A stretch of DNA of 64,000 nucleotides from Parcubacteria group bacterium Greene0416_36. GTDB taxonomy: Bacteria; Patescibacteriota; Patescibacteriia; VMEV01. Positions 10,009 through 18,830 of the stretch are shown here, in pieces. Within the stretch, counting starts at the first letter, position 1. Each line of letters opens with the position of its first letter. The notes beneath the pieces are model-generated. The model saw only the letters and a list, made by a program, of their open reading frames with translations, had not been told where the DNA came from and made no database searches. The stretch spans positions 6,929 to 70,928 of the forward strand of contig VMEV01000006.1 of NCBI GenBank assembly GCA_007375725.1, in the 5' to 3' direction. Made by a program: the position numbers and the translations under genes.

Positions 10009-11157
10009 ATGAAGATTTTTGGATACAAAAAAATAGGGGGCATCATAATAATCCTTGTGTGTCTGGCCATTTGGAATGCGCGGGATTTCTTGAGAATTTC
10101 ATGGCATCAAGCAACTTATAAAGGCGGTTTCGAGCATATCAAAATTGGGGTGGAGAAAGATTTTGCCAATGTTGAATCTTTTTCAAAATTCGTGGCTGCC
10201 TCGGGTCTCGAGGGGGCGCGTTCGTTTATTTTTGGAGACCGCGGAGAAATATATGTTACGGATTCGGCCGCGGGGAAGATATGGGTCCTTCGGGATATGG
10301 ATCGGGATCTTATTTTTGAGTCGCGACAAGTATTTGCGGAGAATTTTGTGGCTCCGGAAGCGATAGTCTCCATTGATGGGAAAATTTATGTAGGGGATAA
10401 ATCTTCTGGAAAGACCTTGGTTTTTAAAATCACCGACGTCGACGGTGATTTTAAGGCTGATCAGGTTTTGCCTCTGGAGCTGGGTTTATCTCCTTTGGTG
10501 GAAGTTAGTTTTTTGTCGTGGCTCCCTTCTCGAAAAATATTTTATGTCGGGACCGTATCTCGAGCAAAGGATGATTCTCCTAAAATCGGACAAATTCTCC
10601 GCTTTGATCTGGATGGCCGTACCTTTGGACAAATCCTTACCACTCCGATTTTATTGGGATCCAATAACGGATTCAGTACCCCGGTAGCTATGGTCGAACA
10701 TCCACATACCGGAGACCTGATTGTCTTGGACCGTTCGTCAGGCCGAGAGGAAGAGCTTAATATGTTATTTGAGAATCGAGATTATGGTGCTCCGAAATGT
10801 TTTGGCCGGGATTGGGAGAATCTCTGTCCCGACAGTATCGGCAGTTTGTATGAATTCCCATTGGATATGGGTATTTCTTCCGCGGTGCTCTATACCGGAA
10901 CCCGTTTTCCGGAGGAGTTCGGAAATAATATTTTGATGGTGTCTATTGGGGTGAGTTCGGGTGATCCCAGCCTTTCTAAAAATATCATCCGTTTGAATCT
11001 AGTTCCCTTCAATGCCTCTTATGATGTGCGGCCATCCGTCTTTGCTACCGGATTCAGTCAGCCTACCGATATTGAGGTGGGGGGCGAGGGGGATATTTAT
11101 GTACTGGATGCCGAGGAAGGAGAAATTTATAGGATTGGGGTGAATTATAGGAAATAA
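10009..11157 (+). CDS. Membrane-anchored beta-propeller protein, glucose/sorbosone dehydrogenase (PQQ-dependent)-like
   Basis: N-terminal TM; EELN..DYG.P.C, YTGTRFPEEF, PTDIEVG.GDIYVLD.G.IYRI patterns. Confidence 0.7.
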   Translation: MKIFGYKKIGGIIIILVCLAIWNARDFLRISWHQATYKGGFEHIKIGVEKDFANVESFSKFVAASGLEGARSFIFGDRGEIYVTDSAAGKIWVLRDMDRDLIFESRQVFAENFVAPEAIVSIDGKIYVGDKSSGKTLVFKITDVDGDFKADQVLPLELGLSPLVEVSFLSWLPSRKIFYVGTVSRAKDDSPKIGQILRFDLDGRTFGQILTTPILLGSNNGFSTPVAMVEHPHTGDLIVLDRSSGREEELNMLFENRDYGAPKCFGRDWENLCPDSIGSLYEFPLDMGISSAVLYTGTRFPEEFGNNILMVSIGVSSGDPSLSKNIIRLNLVPFNASYDVRPSVFATGFSQPTDIEVGGEGDIYVLDAEEGEIYRIGVNYRK

Positions 11158-11174
11158 TGGAATCATGTTGAATG

Positions 11175-11224
11175 CAAAAAGTAACGTAGGGATGCAGCAT
11201 GCTACATCCCTACGTTACTTTTTG
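11175..11224. terminator. Long hairpin with a GTAG-type REP core; likely bidirectional terminator
   Basis: caaaaagtaacgtagggatg..catccctacgttactttttg between convergent genes; same core at 43620-43671. Confidence 0.75.
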
Positions 11225-11226
11225 TT

Positions 11227-11682
11227 CTACTCAATTTTCAACTCCGGATGTCGTGACTTAAAATCCATGAGATCCTGTCTTCCCAAAGCAATGATATCGA
11301 AAGCAACGATATGATCGGAGGGCCGGTAGTCGCTTTTGTTTTCGATTCTGCGGAGGGTCTTTCGAAACGGGCTGCCTTCGGTTTTGATCGTTACCGTTAC
11401 CATGGATTTGTCTATTTCTCTAAGAGCCTGCTCGAGCGTATCATTGACATCGATGAATCGTTTTTTTCCGTTTTCTTCAATATAATAAATGCGTCGAAGC
11501 TCGACCGGAGAATCAGAATTCTCGGCGAATATCTGCTCGATTTTATCTCCCGACACCTCGGTCTCGAAGGAAACTTGTGGAAGAAAAAAACGGTCGATGA
11601 ACATGTATAATGTTCCGGCGACAACGAAAATAGATAAAAATAAAAGGGTCAATAGTATTGGGATTTCTTTTTCTTCGGACAT
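11227..11682 (-). CDS. Hypothetical membrane-anchored orphan protein
   Basis: 151 aa ORF, N-terminal TM, AGGAGG upstream. Confidence 0.7.
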   Translation of the reverse strand: MSEEKEIPILLTLLFLSIFVVAGTLYMFIDRFFLPQVSFETEVSGDKIEQIFAENSDSPVELRRIYYIEENGKKRFIDVNDTLEQALREIDKSMVTVTIKTEGSPFRKTLRRIENKSDYRPSDHIVAFDIIALGRQDLMDFKSRHPELKIE

Positions 11683-11826
11683 ACCTCCTAATTAGATTTT
11701 TGATAAAAATGCATTCCCTTTATAATCTGTCTGCGGAAAAAAAACAAGGTGTTTTTTCCACACAATCATTTTGATACGATAAAATCTTACTGTTACAATG
11801 GTGAGGATATTAAAACTTAGTTCATT

Positions 11827-13125
11827 ATGAATTCCAAACAAAGAATTGTGATTGCCGGGGCGGGTTTTGGGGGGACTTATACCTATGCCCATCTCCATAA
11901 ATATTTTCATGGCCGCCGAGACGTGGAACTGGTGATTATCAACAAGAATAATTATTTTATTTTCACGCCCCTCCTTCACGAGGTTGCCACTGGAGGAGTG
12001 GAGCCTTCCAATATCGTTGAGCCTCTGCGAAAAGTCTGCGGATGCTGTCTCCATGAATTCCATCTGGGGCAAATTGATAAAATTGATTTGGCCGCTAAGG
12101 AAGTTTGGATGGCTAATGAATCTTGCCGCCGTATTCCTTATGATCAGCTTGTTTTAGCCTTAGGAGCCACGACGGCTTATTACGGAACTCCGGGGGTGCC
12201 GGAGTGTGTATTTACTCTCAAAGACCTGGATGATGCCATTCGTATCAAAAATAACCTGATTCATTCCATAGAAGAAGCATATCATTTTCATGACTCGACG
12301 AAAGCAAAAAACAGGCTTCGATTTGTCATTGTGGGCGGAGGGGCAACCGGGGTGGAACTGGCCGCAGAACTGGCGGACTTTTGTTATGAAACTTTCTCTG
12401 CCTACTATCCTCAAGATTTAATTTCCAAAATCGAAATCATTCTTCTGTCAAAAGCAGATAGCCTTTTGGCTTCTTTTTCTCCCCATTTTCGTGAAATAGC
12501 TCATAAAATGTTACTACAAAAAGGGGTCAAAGTGCGCTTGAATGCGGGCGTTGTCCGGGTAGATTCTGATTCGATCGAATTGGATAATGGAGAAAAAATA
12601 GAAACACGAACCGTTATATGGGTCGCGGGTATAGTACCCTCAAAGTGTGATTTTATTTCGAATAAAGAAGTTCTTTTGGATCGTTCGGGCCGCATTGAGG
12701 TCAATGAATATCTGCAGATGAAGGATTATGCTGAGGTTTATGTATTGGGTGATATGGCGTGTTTCAAAAATCCTGGGGACACAAAAGTCGTGCCGGCTTT
12801 GGCTCAGGTGGCCACCAAACAATCAAAAATTGTGGCTTCCAATATCATTGCTTCGATAGACAATAAAACATATCGGCCCTTTTATTATCGTTCCTCGGGT
12901 TCTCTCCTTTCTTTAGGGCGCTGGCTCGCGGTTGCAGAAATAGGTTCTTTCCGATGGGGGGGACATTTGGCGTGGTGGATGTGGAGAACGGTTTATTTAT
13001 CGAAATTATTGTCCTGGAGCAAAAAAATGTATGTGGCGGTGGATTGGACTCTCAATTTATTTTCCCATCGCGATATTTCAGAAATTGGAGGGGGTGGGGG
13101 GAAAAAAACAGGCATTAGGCGTTAG
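11827..13125 (+). CDS. ndh: Type II NADH dehydrogenase (NDH-2)-like FAD oxidoreductase
   Basis: GAGFGG, FTPLLHEVATG, VGGGATGVELAAEL, LGD, PALAQVA. Confidence 0.9.
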   Translation: MNSKQRIVIAGAGFGGTYTYAHLHKYFHGRRDVELVIINKNNYFIFTPLLHEVATGGVEPSNIVEPLRKVCGCCLHEFHLGQIDKIDLAAKEVWMANESCRRIPYDQLVLALGATTAYYGTPGVPECVFTLKDLDDAIRIKNNLIHSIEEAYHFHDSTKAKNRLRFVIVGGGATGVELAAELADFCYETFSAYYPQDLISKIEIILLSKADSLLASFSPHFREIAHKMLLQKGVKVRLNAGVVRVDSDSIELDNGEKIETRTVIWVAGIVPSKCDFISNKEVLLDRSGRIEVNEYLQMKDYAEVYVLGDMACFKNPGDTKVVPALAQVATKQSKIVASNIIASIDNKTYRPFYYRSSGSLLSLGRWLAVAEIGSFRWGGHLAWWMWRTVYLSKLLSWSKKMYVAVDWTLNLFSHRDISEIGGGGGKKTGIRR

Positions 13126-13199
13126 GTCATTAGCTTATTAGGAACAAGACCCAACTAGGGCTGTTCCCTAAAAAGCTAATGCCTAATAGCCTAATGCCT
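13110..13199. repeat. Family F heptamer-based inverted-repeat element
   Basis: ggcattaggcgttaggtcattagc ... gctaatgcctaatagcctaatgcc; overlaps the ndh stop codon. Confidence 0.75.
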
Positions 13200-13208
13200 C
13201 TTGTTTAG

Positions 13209-13484
13209 CTATTCTAACTGACACTTCTCTCTCTTTTTTCCGTTTTCTTCCGTGATCGAGACTATGGTTCCTTTGTTTTTTTCACATTCCGTGCGGGCGA
13301 AATCAGGCAGGACATAGACGGGATCAGATGCAGGTAGGGCGAGCTCAATTGAATCGGCGGCTGGATTGGCGGAAATGTTATCCTCGGGAGTCGGAGTGGC
13401 CATGCGGCTCCAGATGAGCCACCCTCCCAGTCCTAAAACCAAGACGCCCCCTAGGGTGGCCAGAATAAGTCGGGTTCGATCCAT
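13209..13484 (-). CDS. Small hypothetical membrane-anchored protein
   Basis: 91 aa, N-terminal TM, C-terminal Cys pair. Confidence 0.7.
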   Translation of the reverse strand: MDRTRLILATLGGVLVLGLGGWLIWSRMATPTPEDNISANPAADSIELALPASDPVYVLPDFARTECEKNKGTIVSITEENGKKREKCQLE

Positions 13485-13495
13485 ATATTTATGAA

Positions 13496-14332
13496 TTATT
13501 TAGTATTTAAAAGCTCTTTGCATTCTTTGATGGCCCGGATCACTTCGTCTTTTTTGGCTGGCAGATTTTGAGATAATGTCACGGGGTCCTGTCTGGCCAG
13601 CTGTGAACAGAGCATGATATTTTGTTCAGAAAGAGTCCGTATCGTATGAGTGGAGAGATTATCCAGAATAGTGACGGGATACATGAGCTGAAGATCGATC
13701 ATTTGAGCGAAGGTGCGCTCATGGGGGTGGTTCCATCCAATCATGACCATGTTTTTGCAGTGGCCATACTTGAGGGATTGTTCGGAGAATTTAGCATTGG
13801 TCACGATCCAAACTTCGTCGAAATGAGGGCAAAGGCCGATGCGGTTGCCGTCGATCAAATCCATGTATCGCGCCCAAGTGGACATAGTGTCCTTGATCCC
13901 GATGAAGTCTGATGGATTGTGGCGGAACTTCGCCTCGATCATGGCCGTCCGGCCGTCTTTCTCAACCGTGACATCCACTTCATGTGTCACGCAGGCCCCC
14001 TGCAGATCTCCCGGGAGATCTGCCTTGTATCCATAGGCTGTGAGCACCGCCGCGACATATTTTTCAAAATCAAATCCCGTGGGCCCGAGGCGCAAAATCG
14101 CACTGCGGAGATTATATTTTTTGGCCAGAATCGGATGTTCTCTCCGCAAAATATGATTGAGTTCTTGTGACAATTCCCACGAGAAAATTTTCCGCCCCAA
14201 GAATTTTTTCTCCAGCTGGGCGGATATATGATTAATCGTCTCGGTCGGCGCACCCAATTTGATTAGGATTTTGGACATTTTATCTTTGGAGAAATTTTCG
14301 ATTTGTCCGTTGTTTTTGATGATGGTAAACAT
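13496..14332 (-). CDS. ATP-cone-like domain plus Mrr-like PD-(D/E)XK restriction endonuclease-fold protein
   Basis: IIKNNGQIENFSKDK (ATP-cone-like), LGPTGFDFEKYVA, HEVDV...IEAK; start at T-ATG 14332. Confidence 0.8.
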   Translation of the reverse strand: MFTIIKNNGQIENFSKDKMSKILIKLGAPTETINHISAQLEKKFLGRKIFSWELSQELNHILRREHPILAKKYNLRSAILRLGPTGFDFEKYVAAVLTAYGYKADLPGDLQGACVTHEVDVTVEKDGRTAMIEAKFRHNPSDFIGIKDTMSTWARYMDLIDGNRIGLCPHFDEVWIVTNAKFSEQSLKYGHCKNMVMIGWNHPHERTFAQMIDLQLMYPVTILDNLSTHTIRTLSEQNIMLCSQLARQDPVTLSQNLPAKKDEVIRAIKECKELLNTK

Positions 14333-14395
14333 AGAGCTAGTTGAGTAGTGGGTAGGGAGTAGTGAGTAGGTAATAAGGAGGGCGATGGGGATGGC

Positions 14396-14422
14396 TGTCA
14401 TCCTGAGCCTGTCGAAGGATCT
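14396..14422 (+). repeat. Family D REP-like unit TGTCATCCTGAGCCTGTCGAAGGATCT
   Basis: Hairpin-forming; a 19-nt reverse-complement copy lies at 51356-51374 inside a CDS. Confidence 0.7.
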
Positions 14423-14539
14423 CATGTGAGAAATCAATATTACCCAATTCATTCATATTACCAAATTGAAGGGCTCTTTGAAAACAAAAAATTGCCTCCG
14501 TTCGGGCAATTTGAGAATAGTTTTTTGCGTGACCCATAT

Positions 14540-14728
14540 CTATTTATCATAGACCCAAGCCTTGGCTTTATTCATGGCGTCTTGTAAGTCTTTTCCTGTT
14601 AGGTCGAGTTTTGTGTTTCCGGAGGATGTGCCGACGTAAATATTTTTTGTACCCTTATCCCATTTTACGGTATATGTTTTGTGCGGGGATTTTCCACCTG
14701 TAACTTTGCCGATAACTTCAGCTGACAT
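14540..14728 (-). CDS. Small orphan hypothetical protein
   Basis: 62 aa ORF with AAAGGAG SD upstream. Confidence 0.7.
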   Translation of the reverse strand: MSAEVIGKVTGGKSPHKTYTVKWDKGTKNIYVGTSSGNTKLDLTGKDLQDAMNKAKAWVYDK

Positions 14729-14888
14729 GGTTTTCTCCTTTGTCAGAAATAGAAGGAAATATAAAAATCTGAATCGATCATATAGGAAATATCATTTTTG
14801 TCAATAGTTGCCAACCTTCGATCAATGATTTACCCTGAAATGGCGCATTCTTAAATTCTTGAAACTAAAAACTTGAAACTTATTTTCA

Positions 14889-14962
14889 GCACTCGTAGCT
14901 CAACTGGATAGAGCGCAGGCCTCCGAAGCCTGAGGTTACAAGTTCGACCCTTGTCGAGTGCA
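14889..14962 (+). tRNA. tRNA-Arg(CCG); CCA not encoded
   Basis: Acceptor GCACTCG/CGAGTGC, D-arm GCTC-aactggata-GAGC, anticodon arm CAGGC-ctCCGaa-GCCTG, T-arm ACAAG-TTCGACC-CTTGT. Confidence 0.96.
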
Positions 14963-14989
14963 CCCCACTTCGCTCTTTTGTCCGGAATT

Positions 14990-15036
14990 AAAACGCTGTC
15001 AATTAATTTGACAGCGTTTTTGACGCGCGATAAAAT
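14990..15036 (+). promoter_or_regulatory. Sigma70-type promoter overlapped by a 13-bp-arm palindrome (candidate operator and/or tRNA terminator)
   Basis: TTGACA 15008-15013, 17 nt, TAAAAT 15031-15036; arms aaaacgctgtcaa 14990-15002 and ttgacagcgtttt 15008-15020. Confidence 0.75.
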
Positions 15037-15060
15037 TGAGAAAATATTTTTAGAAAAACT

Positions 15061-15807
15061 ATGCACCTCATACAAAAACAAATCCTAAAAATCGCCCAGG
15101 AGCGGAATCTTCGGGAACTGAGTCTTCGCGCAATCGGCGAGCTTATTGGCGAGCCGAATAGCCCGCAGAAGATCAAGCATCATATGGAGAGTCTCATGGC
15201 CAAGGGATTGCTTGTGGCGTCTGAAGATGGTCAGTCGATCACTCCCATGTCCACGACCATTGATCCGAAGTATCGGCTGGCATCGATTCCTATCTATGGC
15301 GCGGCCAATTGCGGGCAGGCGCTCGTATTTGCCCAAGATCATATTGAAGGGTATTTGAAGTTATCTTTCGGTATTCTCGGGCCCAAGAATCTCAAGAAAG
15401 TGGGGGATCTATTCGTACTCAAGGCGGCGGGAACCTCCATGAACCGTGCGGATATAAAAGGGAAGAGTATCGATGACGGCGATTTTGTGATTATCGAGAA
15501 GACGAGCGTGCAACCGGAAGACGGGGCGTATGTGGTCTCGATCATCGACGGCTCCGCCAATATCAAGAAGTTTTTCCACAATAAAGACGAGGGGCAAATT
15601 ATTCTCCTGTCCGAATCCACGCAAAATCACCCGCCGATTTATATTCATGAAAGCGATTATTCGGATTATGTGGTGTGCGGGCGGGTGATCGATGTGATGA
15701 AAAAGCCAGATGAGCTGTGTTTCGTGCGCAACAAGGCGGCTGAGGATATTTTTCGTCAACTGGGGCCAATTTCGAGGGGCGAATATGATTATTATGAAAA
15801 TTTATGA
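15061..15807 (+). CDS. LexA-like repressor (wHTH plus S24 autopeptidase) with a C-terminal extension
   Basis: SLRAIGELIG helix-turn-helix, IPIYGAANCG cleavage loop, GTSM (Ser), NIKKF (Lys). Confidence 0.88.
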   Translation: MHLIQKQILKIAQERNLRELSLRAIGELIGEPNSPQKIKHHMESLMAKGLLVASEDGQSITPMSTTIDPKYRLASIPIYGAANCGQALVFAQDHIEGYLKLSFGILGPKNLKKVGDLFVLKAAGTSMNRADIKGKSIDDGDFVIIEKTSVQPEDGAYVVSIIDGSANIKKFFHNKDEGQIILLSESTQNHPPIYIHESDYSDYVVCGRVIDVMKKPDELCFVRNKAAEDIFRQLGPISRGEYDYYENL

Positions 15808-16157
15808 CAAATAAACTCGAACTCCAATTCGGCGATATTGTCTGGGCGGAGTTTGCTCCCAGCGTGGCGCACCGTTATCAGGATAAGAGGCTCGCGGTTG
15901 TGATTCAATCAGCCAAACCACTCGAAAAATCGCGCCTGGTGACCGTGATTCCGCTCTCATCTCTCGTCGAGGAAAAAGGCGAGGACGATATCATGATTTT
16001 CGCCGACCTAAAAAACAAACTCAAACAAGACGCCATCGCCAAGGTCTATTGCATCTCCTCCTTCGATCACTCCCGTTTCACCAAGAAAATCGGCTCGGTC
16101 AGCCCCAAGGTTTCAGCGGATATTAAAAAATATTTGGAGAGGCATTTTGGGATTTAG
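15804..16157 (+). CDS. MazF/PemK-family endoribonuclease toxin
   Basis: GDIVWAEF.P, KRLAVVIQS, VIPLSS, ISSFDHSRF.KKIG; ATGA overlap with the LexA-like gene. Confidence 0.85.
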   Translation: MTNKLELQFGDIVWAEFAPSVAHRYQDKRLAVVIQSAKPLEKSRLVTVIPLSSLVEEKGEDDIMIFADLKNKLKQDAIAKVYCISSFDHSRFTKKIGSVSPKVSADIKKYLERHFGI

Positions 16158-16179
16158 TTAAAAATTATTTTTTTGTTCT

Positions 16180-17193
16180 ATGATTAAAAATACTGAGCCG
16201 ACAAAAGGGGAAATTCTTATATATCAAACATCGCCCAATGAGCCCCAAATTGAAATCAAAATTGAAAGGGAAACTATTTGGTTAACCTTAAATCAGATTG
16301 CTGAATTGTTTGATGTAGATAAATCAGGTGTTTCTCGCCACATAAAGAATGTTTTTAAATCTAAGGAATTGCAAAAAGAGGCAACTGTTGCAAATTTTGC
16401 AACAGTTCAAAAAGAAGGGGGTAGGCTCCTGAATCGTACTATTGAATACTATAATTTGGATGCCATTGTTTCTGTTGGATACCGCATTAATTCGAAGAAA
16501 GGTACTCAATTCCGTATCTGGGCTAGTCAAATATTAAAGGATCATCTCGTAAAAGGCTTCACACTCAACCCAAAACGGCTTTCTCAAACCGGCCTTGGTG
16601 AATTTGAAAGAGCGCTTCGTCTTATTAAAAGCACGATTGATTCCAAAGACCTTACTGCCGGTGAGGCTAAAGGCATTTTAGATGTGATCACATCCTATGC
16701 GAATTCATGGGTTCTTCTTCAGAAATATGATGAGGGAAGTATTGGGGCTCCAAAGAAGAAAACAACTCCCTCATTCAAACTAGATTATGGAATAGCTAAA
16801 AAGGCAATCAAAAATCTCAAAGAAGATTTGTTGGATAAACAATCTGCTACTGAATTGTTTGGTGCTGAGCGAGATAAAATGCTTGAGGGCGTGTTGGGCA
16901 GTATTTACCAAACCTTTGCCAAAAAAGAGGTTTACCCTAGTATCGAAGAAAAAGCCGCGCATTTACTTTATTTCATTATAAAAGACCACCCCTTCTCTGA
17001 TGGAAACAAGCGCATCGGCGCCTTCCTCTTCATTTATTTTCTCCAGGAAAATAAATATCTCTACAACCAGCAATCCGAGCGAAAAATTAACGATAATGCC
17101 CTCGTCGCTTTGGCCCTCCTCATCGCCCAAAGTGATCCCAAGGAGAAAGAGGTGATGATCAAATTAGTTATGCATTTTTTGGGGAATAGATAA
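16180..17193 (+). CDS. RhuM-like N-terminal domain fused to a Fic/Doc domain
   Basis: ETIWLTLNQIAELF, YNLDAIVSVGYRINS, QFRIWA; Fic motif HPFSDGNKRIG. Confidence 0.92.
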   Translation: MIKNTEPTKGEILIYQTSPNEPQIEIKIERETIWLTLNQIAELFDVDKSGVSRHIKNVFKSKELQKEATVANFATVQKEGGRLLNRTIEYYNLDAIVSVGYRINSKKGTQFRIWASQILKDHLVKGFTLNPKRLSQTGLGEFERALRLIKSTIDSKDLTAGEAKGILDVITSYANSWVLLQKYDEGSIGAPKKKTTPSFKLDYGIAKKAIKNLKEDLLDKQSATELFGAERDKMLEGVLGSIYQTFAKKEVYPSIEEKAAHLLYFIIKDHPFSDGNKRIGAFLFIYFLQENKYLYNQQSERKINDNALVALALLIAQSDPKEKEVMIKLVMHFLGNR

Positions 17194-17222
17194 GAAAACA
17201 GGACGTGATTTATATTGTTATC

Positions 17223-17288
17223 GTAGGGGCGTACCTGTGTGTGCGCCCTCAACGTGTTGTGTGGGCAGGCCCACAGGCCTGCCCCTAC
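17223..17288. repeat. Family E GTAG-type REP doublet
   Basis: gtaggggcg..cgccc ... gggcaggc..gcctgcccctac. Confidence 0.75.
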
Positions 17289-17414
17289 ACAAAAACGAGC
17301 TATCCAGAATTTCCGGATAGCTCGAAAACCGCCCCTAGAACAACAACAACCTAATTGAATTAATCAAATTAGGTTGCGTTTTTTTGTTTGGGTTTCGGAA
17401 AAAAGTTGGGGGCT

Positions 17415-17933
17415 TTATTTTGATCCCTCATTTTTCGCCGCATTATCGGGGAAAATGTTTAAATAAGGGGACCTTAAAACGTAATTTGACATAATTACGT
17501 ATATGGTAAAACCCACCCCAATAATTCCCGCTACAAAATATAAAAGAAGTTTTCTCCATTTATATTTTTCTGTAAGTTCTGCCAGTTTGAACTTGTTTTC
17601 GAGCTGAATTTTTTCTTGTTCTGTTTTTTCTCGAGTTTGTTGCAACTCTATTCTTTTTTCCAGCTCGATTTGTTTCAGGCGAAGCTCCTGTTCGCGGCAT
17701 TTTTGGTAGGCCTCAATTGCCAATTTTTGTTCATTGGCTACGTGATTGAGGTAAGTATTGACGCCTACCGAATCTCCAAGAATGACTTTAAGCACCTCGG
17801 CTTCTATCTTAGGCAGACGAAGTGTATCTTCTCTATTTTCAGGGTCTTTCAGGGAAATCAGAGTCAAGTCCTGTTCTGTTTCCCTTGGGGCGACAGTCGT
17901 TTGTGGTTTTTCTGATTCTTTTTTTTCTTCCAT
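17415..17933 (-). CDS. Orphan coiled-coil protein with C-terminal TM
   Basis: GGGAGG SD before ATG 17933; own TTGACA-17-TATTAT promoter; E/K/Q-rich helix followed by a hydrophobic segment. Confidence 0.7.
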   Translation of the reverse strand: MEEKKESEKPQTTVAPRETEQDLTLISLKDPENREDTLRLPKIEAEVLKVILGDSVGVNTYLNHVANEQKLAIEAYQKCREQELRLKQIELEKRIELQQTREKTEQEKIQLENKFKLAELTEKYKWRKLLLYFVAGIIGVGFTIYVIMSNYVLRSPYLNIFPDNAAKNEGSK

Positions 17934-18052
17934 GGCTGGGTCCCTCCCATTTAACTTTTGAAAAAACAATATTCATTAGCAGTAATAATAGCACACCACC
18001 TTATTTTTGTCAAACAAACACGAAGTGTGTACAAGTTCCAGAGAGATCTTCA

Positions 18053-18733
18053 TTACCGGGGAGGGATGAGGTACTGGGTCCAGTTTTCTGTATTTAAATC
18101 CGCGATTTTGACGGCTTGGTCGAGTCGGATGCCCTTGGTTTCAGTGCGGATAAGGCCCGATAAATAGGCCCCGGCACCTAGTTTTTGTCCCAGATCATGG
18201 GCGATCGAACGGATGTAGGTGCCGGAGGAACAGCGGATGCGGAGCTGGGCGATAGGCCAAGTATAAGACAAGAGCTCAAGCTCCTTGATTTCAATGCCTA
18301 CGGGGGCGAGTTCCACGGGTTTATTCTGCCGGGCCAGATCATAGGCTTTTTGGCCTTTGATTTTTTTGGCCGAGAAAATAGGCGGCATTTGTTGCTGGGC
18401 GCCCAAAAATGTTTTGAGGGTTTCTTCGAGTTGGGTTTTTGAAAGGGGTTGTGGCAGAGGTTGAGTCGGCACAACTATACCCTCCGCATCATAAGTATTC
18501 GAAACCCCGCCGAAAATGATGCTGGCGATATACTCTTTGTCGGATGCCAGAAAGTCTCCCAGATGTTTGGTGGCCTCCCGTCCCACCCCCACGATCAAAA
18601 GACCCTCGGCAAGAGGGTCTAATGTGCCGGCATGTCCTATCTTCTTCGTCCCCGTGATCTTCTTGATCGCATGTATCACTCCATAGGACGTGGGGCCGGA
18701 GGGTTTGTGGATGAATAAAAATCCGCTTGGCAT
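18053..18733 (-). CDS. truB: tRNA pseudouridine(55) synthase
   Basis: KIGHAGTLDPLAEG, QMPPIFSAKK, CSSGTYIRS. Confidence 0.97.
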   Translation of the reverse strand: MPSGFLFIHKPSGPTSYGVIHAIKKITGTKKIGHAGTLDPLAEGLLIVGVGREATKHLGDFLASDKEYIASIIFGGVSNTYDAEGIVVPTQPLPQPLSKTQLEETLKTFLGAQQQMPPIFSAKKIKGQKAYDLARQNKPVELAPVGIEIKELELLSYTWPIAQLRIRCSSGTYIRSIAHDLGQKLGAGAYLSGLIRTETKGIRLDQAVKIADLNTENWTQYLIPPR

Positions 18734-18739
18734 ATTTAT

Positions 18740-18823
18740 AAACCCCCCTTAGTCCCCCCTTAACAGGGGGGAAACAACTGCCCCCTCCCTTGTTAAGGGG
18801 AGGGTTGGGGTGGGGTTTGTTGC
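18740..18823. repeat. Family A element (TTAAC variant, reverse orientation)
   Basis: ccccccttaacagggggg ... ccctcccttgttaagggagggttggggtgggg. Confidence 0.88.
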
Positions 18824-18830
18824 TTTGTTA

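Noticed and set aside
14333-14452. N-terminal extension of the ATP-cone protein in the ORF track
   Set aside because: It is translated repeat DNA (Family D plus a heptamer tract); the domain starts at ATG 14332.
14889-17969. Prophage or integrative element at tRNA-Arg
   Set aside because: No integrase or phage structural genes, and I found no duplicated tRNA 3' end; the LexA-like gene alone is insufficient.
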